NCBI GenBank assembly: GCA_965644315.1
Contig: CBFFRQ010000129.1
Location: 1 to 8,129 of the forward strand
Reading direction: 5' to 3'
Length of the DNA stretch: 8,129 nucleotides
DNA from: Caecitellus pseudoparvulus
Taxonomy: Eukaryota > Protista > Bigyra: Bicosoecida
Positions 6,591 through 8,129 of the stretch are shown in pieces. Position 1 is the first letter of the stretch. Every line of letters begins with the position of its first letter. The notes beneath the pieces are model-generated. The model was not told the origin of the DNA. It searched no databases and worked only from the letters and a program-made list of their open reading frames with translations. The translations under genes were made by a program, and so were the position numbers.

Positions 6591-8116
6591 GGTTAGGGTT
6601 AGGGTTAGGGTTAGGGTTAGGGTTAGGGTTAGGGTTAGGGGTTAGGGGTTAGGGTTAGGGTTAGGGTTAGGGTTAGGGTTAGGGTTAGGGTTAGGGTTAG
6701 GGTTAGGGTTAGGGTTAGGGTTAGGGTTAGGGTTAGGGTTAGGGTTAGGGTTAGGGTTAGGGTTAGGGTTAGGGTTAGGGTTAGGGTTAGGGTTAGGGTT
6801 AGGGTTAGGGTTAGGGTTAGGGTTAGGGTTAGGGTTAGGGTTAGGGTTAGGGTTAGGGTTAGGGTTAGGGTTAGGGTTAGGGTTAGGGTTAGGGTTAGGG
6901 TTAGGGTTAGGGTTAGGGTTAGGGTTAGGGTTAGGGTTAGGGTTAGGGTTAGGGTTAGGGTTAGGGTTAGGGTTAGGGTTAGGGTTAGGGTTAGGGTTAG
7001 GGTTAGGGTTAGGGTTAGGGTTAGGGTTAGGGTTAGGGTTAGGGTTAGGGTTAGGGTTAGGGTTAGGGTTAGGGTTAGGGTTAGGGTTAGGGTTAGGGTT
7101 AGGGTTAGGGTTAGGGTTAGGGTTAGGGTTAGGGTTAGGGTTAGGGTTAGGGTTAGGGTTAGGGTTAGGGTTAGGGTTAGGGTTAGGGTTAGGGTTAGGG
7201 TTAGGGTTAGGGTTAGGGTTAGGGTTAGGGTTAGGGTTAGGGTTAGGGTTAGGGTTAGGGTTAGGGTTAGGGTTAGGGTTAGGGTTAGGGTTAGGGTTAG
7301 GGTTAGGGTTAGGGTTAGGGTTAGGGTTAGGGTTAGGGTTAGGGTTAGGGTTAGGGTTAGGGTTAGGGTTAGGGTTAGGGTTAGGGTTAGGGTTAGGGTT
7401 AGGGTTAGGGTTAGGGTTAGGGTTAGGGTTAGGGTTAGGGTTAGGGTTAGGGTTAGGGTTAGGGTTAGGGTTAGGGTTAGGGTTAGGGTTAGGGTTAGGG
7501 TTAGGGTTAGGGTTAGGGTTAGGGTTAGGGTTAGGGTTAGGGTTAGGGTTAGGGTTAGGGTTAGGGTTAGGGTTAGGGTTAGGGTTAGGGTTAGGGTTAG
7601 GGTTAGGGTTAGGGTTAGGGTTAGGGTTAGGGTTAGGGTTAGGGTTAGGGTTAGGGTTAGGGTTAGGGTTAGGGTTAGGGTTAGGGTTAGGGTTAGGGTT
7701 AGGGTTAGGGTTAGGGTTAGGGTTAGGGTTAGGGTTAGGGTTAGGGTTAGGGTTAGGGTTAGGGTTAGGGTTAGGGTTAGGGTTAGGGTTAGGGTTAGGG
7801 TTAGGGTTAGGGTTAGGGTTAGGGTTAGGGTTAGGGTTAGGGTTAGGGTTAGGGTTAGGGTTAGGGTTAGGGTTAGGGTTAGGGTTAGGGTTAGGGTTAG
7901 GGTTAGGGTTAGGGTTAGGGTTAGGGTTAGGGTTAGGGTTAGGGTTAGGGTTAGGGTTAGGGTTAGGGTTAGGGTTAGGGTTAGGGTTAGGGTTAGGGTT
8001 AGGGTTAGGGTTAGGGTTAGGGTTAGGGTTAGGGTTAGGGTTAGGGTTAGGGTTAGGGTTAGGGTTAGGGTTAGGGTTAGGGTTAGGGTTAGGGTTAGGG
8101 TTAGGGTTAGGGTTAG
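6591..8116 (+). repeat. Terminal telomere (TTAGGG)n, 1526 bp (~254 units)
   Basis: Near-perfect array with the G-rich strand running 5'->3' toward the end. Two TTAGGGG variants at 6635-6648. Confidence 0.99.
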
Positions 8117-8129
8117 AGCAATACATAAA
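8117..8129 (+). other. Probable untrimmed Oxford Nanopore ligation adapter remnant (technical)
   Basis: AGCAATACATAAA matches 11/13 to AGCAATACGTAAC, the reverse complement of the adapter end ...GTTACGTATTGCT. Confidence 0.85.

Larger units (their letters stand above)
5667..6591 (-). pseudogene. 5'-truncated two-exon gene fragment of unknown function (exon <6591-6290, intron 6289-5746, exon 5745-5667; ~126 aa), possibly part of a telomere-associated retroelement
   Basis: Exon 1 is stop-free from the telomere junction and has strong G/C third-position bias (gag gtc aag gac ccc ctc aag cgg ctg gtg...). It ends at CTG AT|GTAAGT. The acceptor is ctgcattctgttgtggcgCAG|G TGG CAC CAC ATG TCC AAG. 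Phases match (AT+G=Met), giving ...PHISIGQMGGRLMWHHMSKPKLYHDVACMEAICNALSS*. Confidence 0.55.

Noticed and set aside
6253-6652. + strand ORFs ending in (VR)n or (LG)n
   Set aside because: Antisense to the codon-biased exon and simply running into telomeric repeats.
6642-8126. 494-aa (NP)n ORF on the - strand
   Set aside because: It is a translation of (CCCTAA)n, and its ATG lies in the adapter remnant.

Overview
Right-hand end of a eukaryotic chromosome with TTAGGG telomeres, probably from a protist or other microbial eukaryote (taxon not determinable from this window). (1) 2-4876 is the 3' part of a very large + strand ORF with no intron needed, already open at the left edge. Its residue pattern matches the C-terminal E3-module region of RNF213/mysterin. 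It has a ~158-aa insertion carrying an RBR Rcat/IBR-like Cys module, and a C-terminal extension with PB1-like and SUMO-like beta-grasp domains. (2) A 3' spacer is followed by a strongly AT-rich island (~5181-5646) with tandem hairpins and degenerate C-strand telomere-like motifs. (3) A short internal telomeric tract lies at 5647-5670. (4) A ~0.92 kb GC-rich block reads on the - strand as a 5'-truncated two-exon gene fragment (phase-compatible GT-AG intron) whose stop codon is supplied by the internal telomeric tract. This is the geometry expected if a transcript was reverse-transcribed onto a former chromosome end and then re-capped by telomerase. (5) The terminal (TTAGGG)n array is ~1.5 kb (6591-8116) and is followed by a 13-nt probable Oxford Nanopore adapter remnant. 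All homology calls are by-eye comparisons with sequences recalled from memory and need HMM or structure confirmation.
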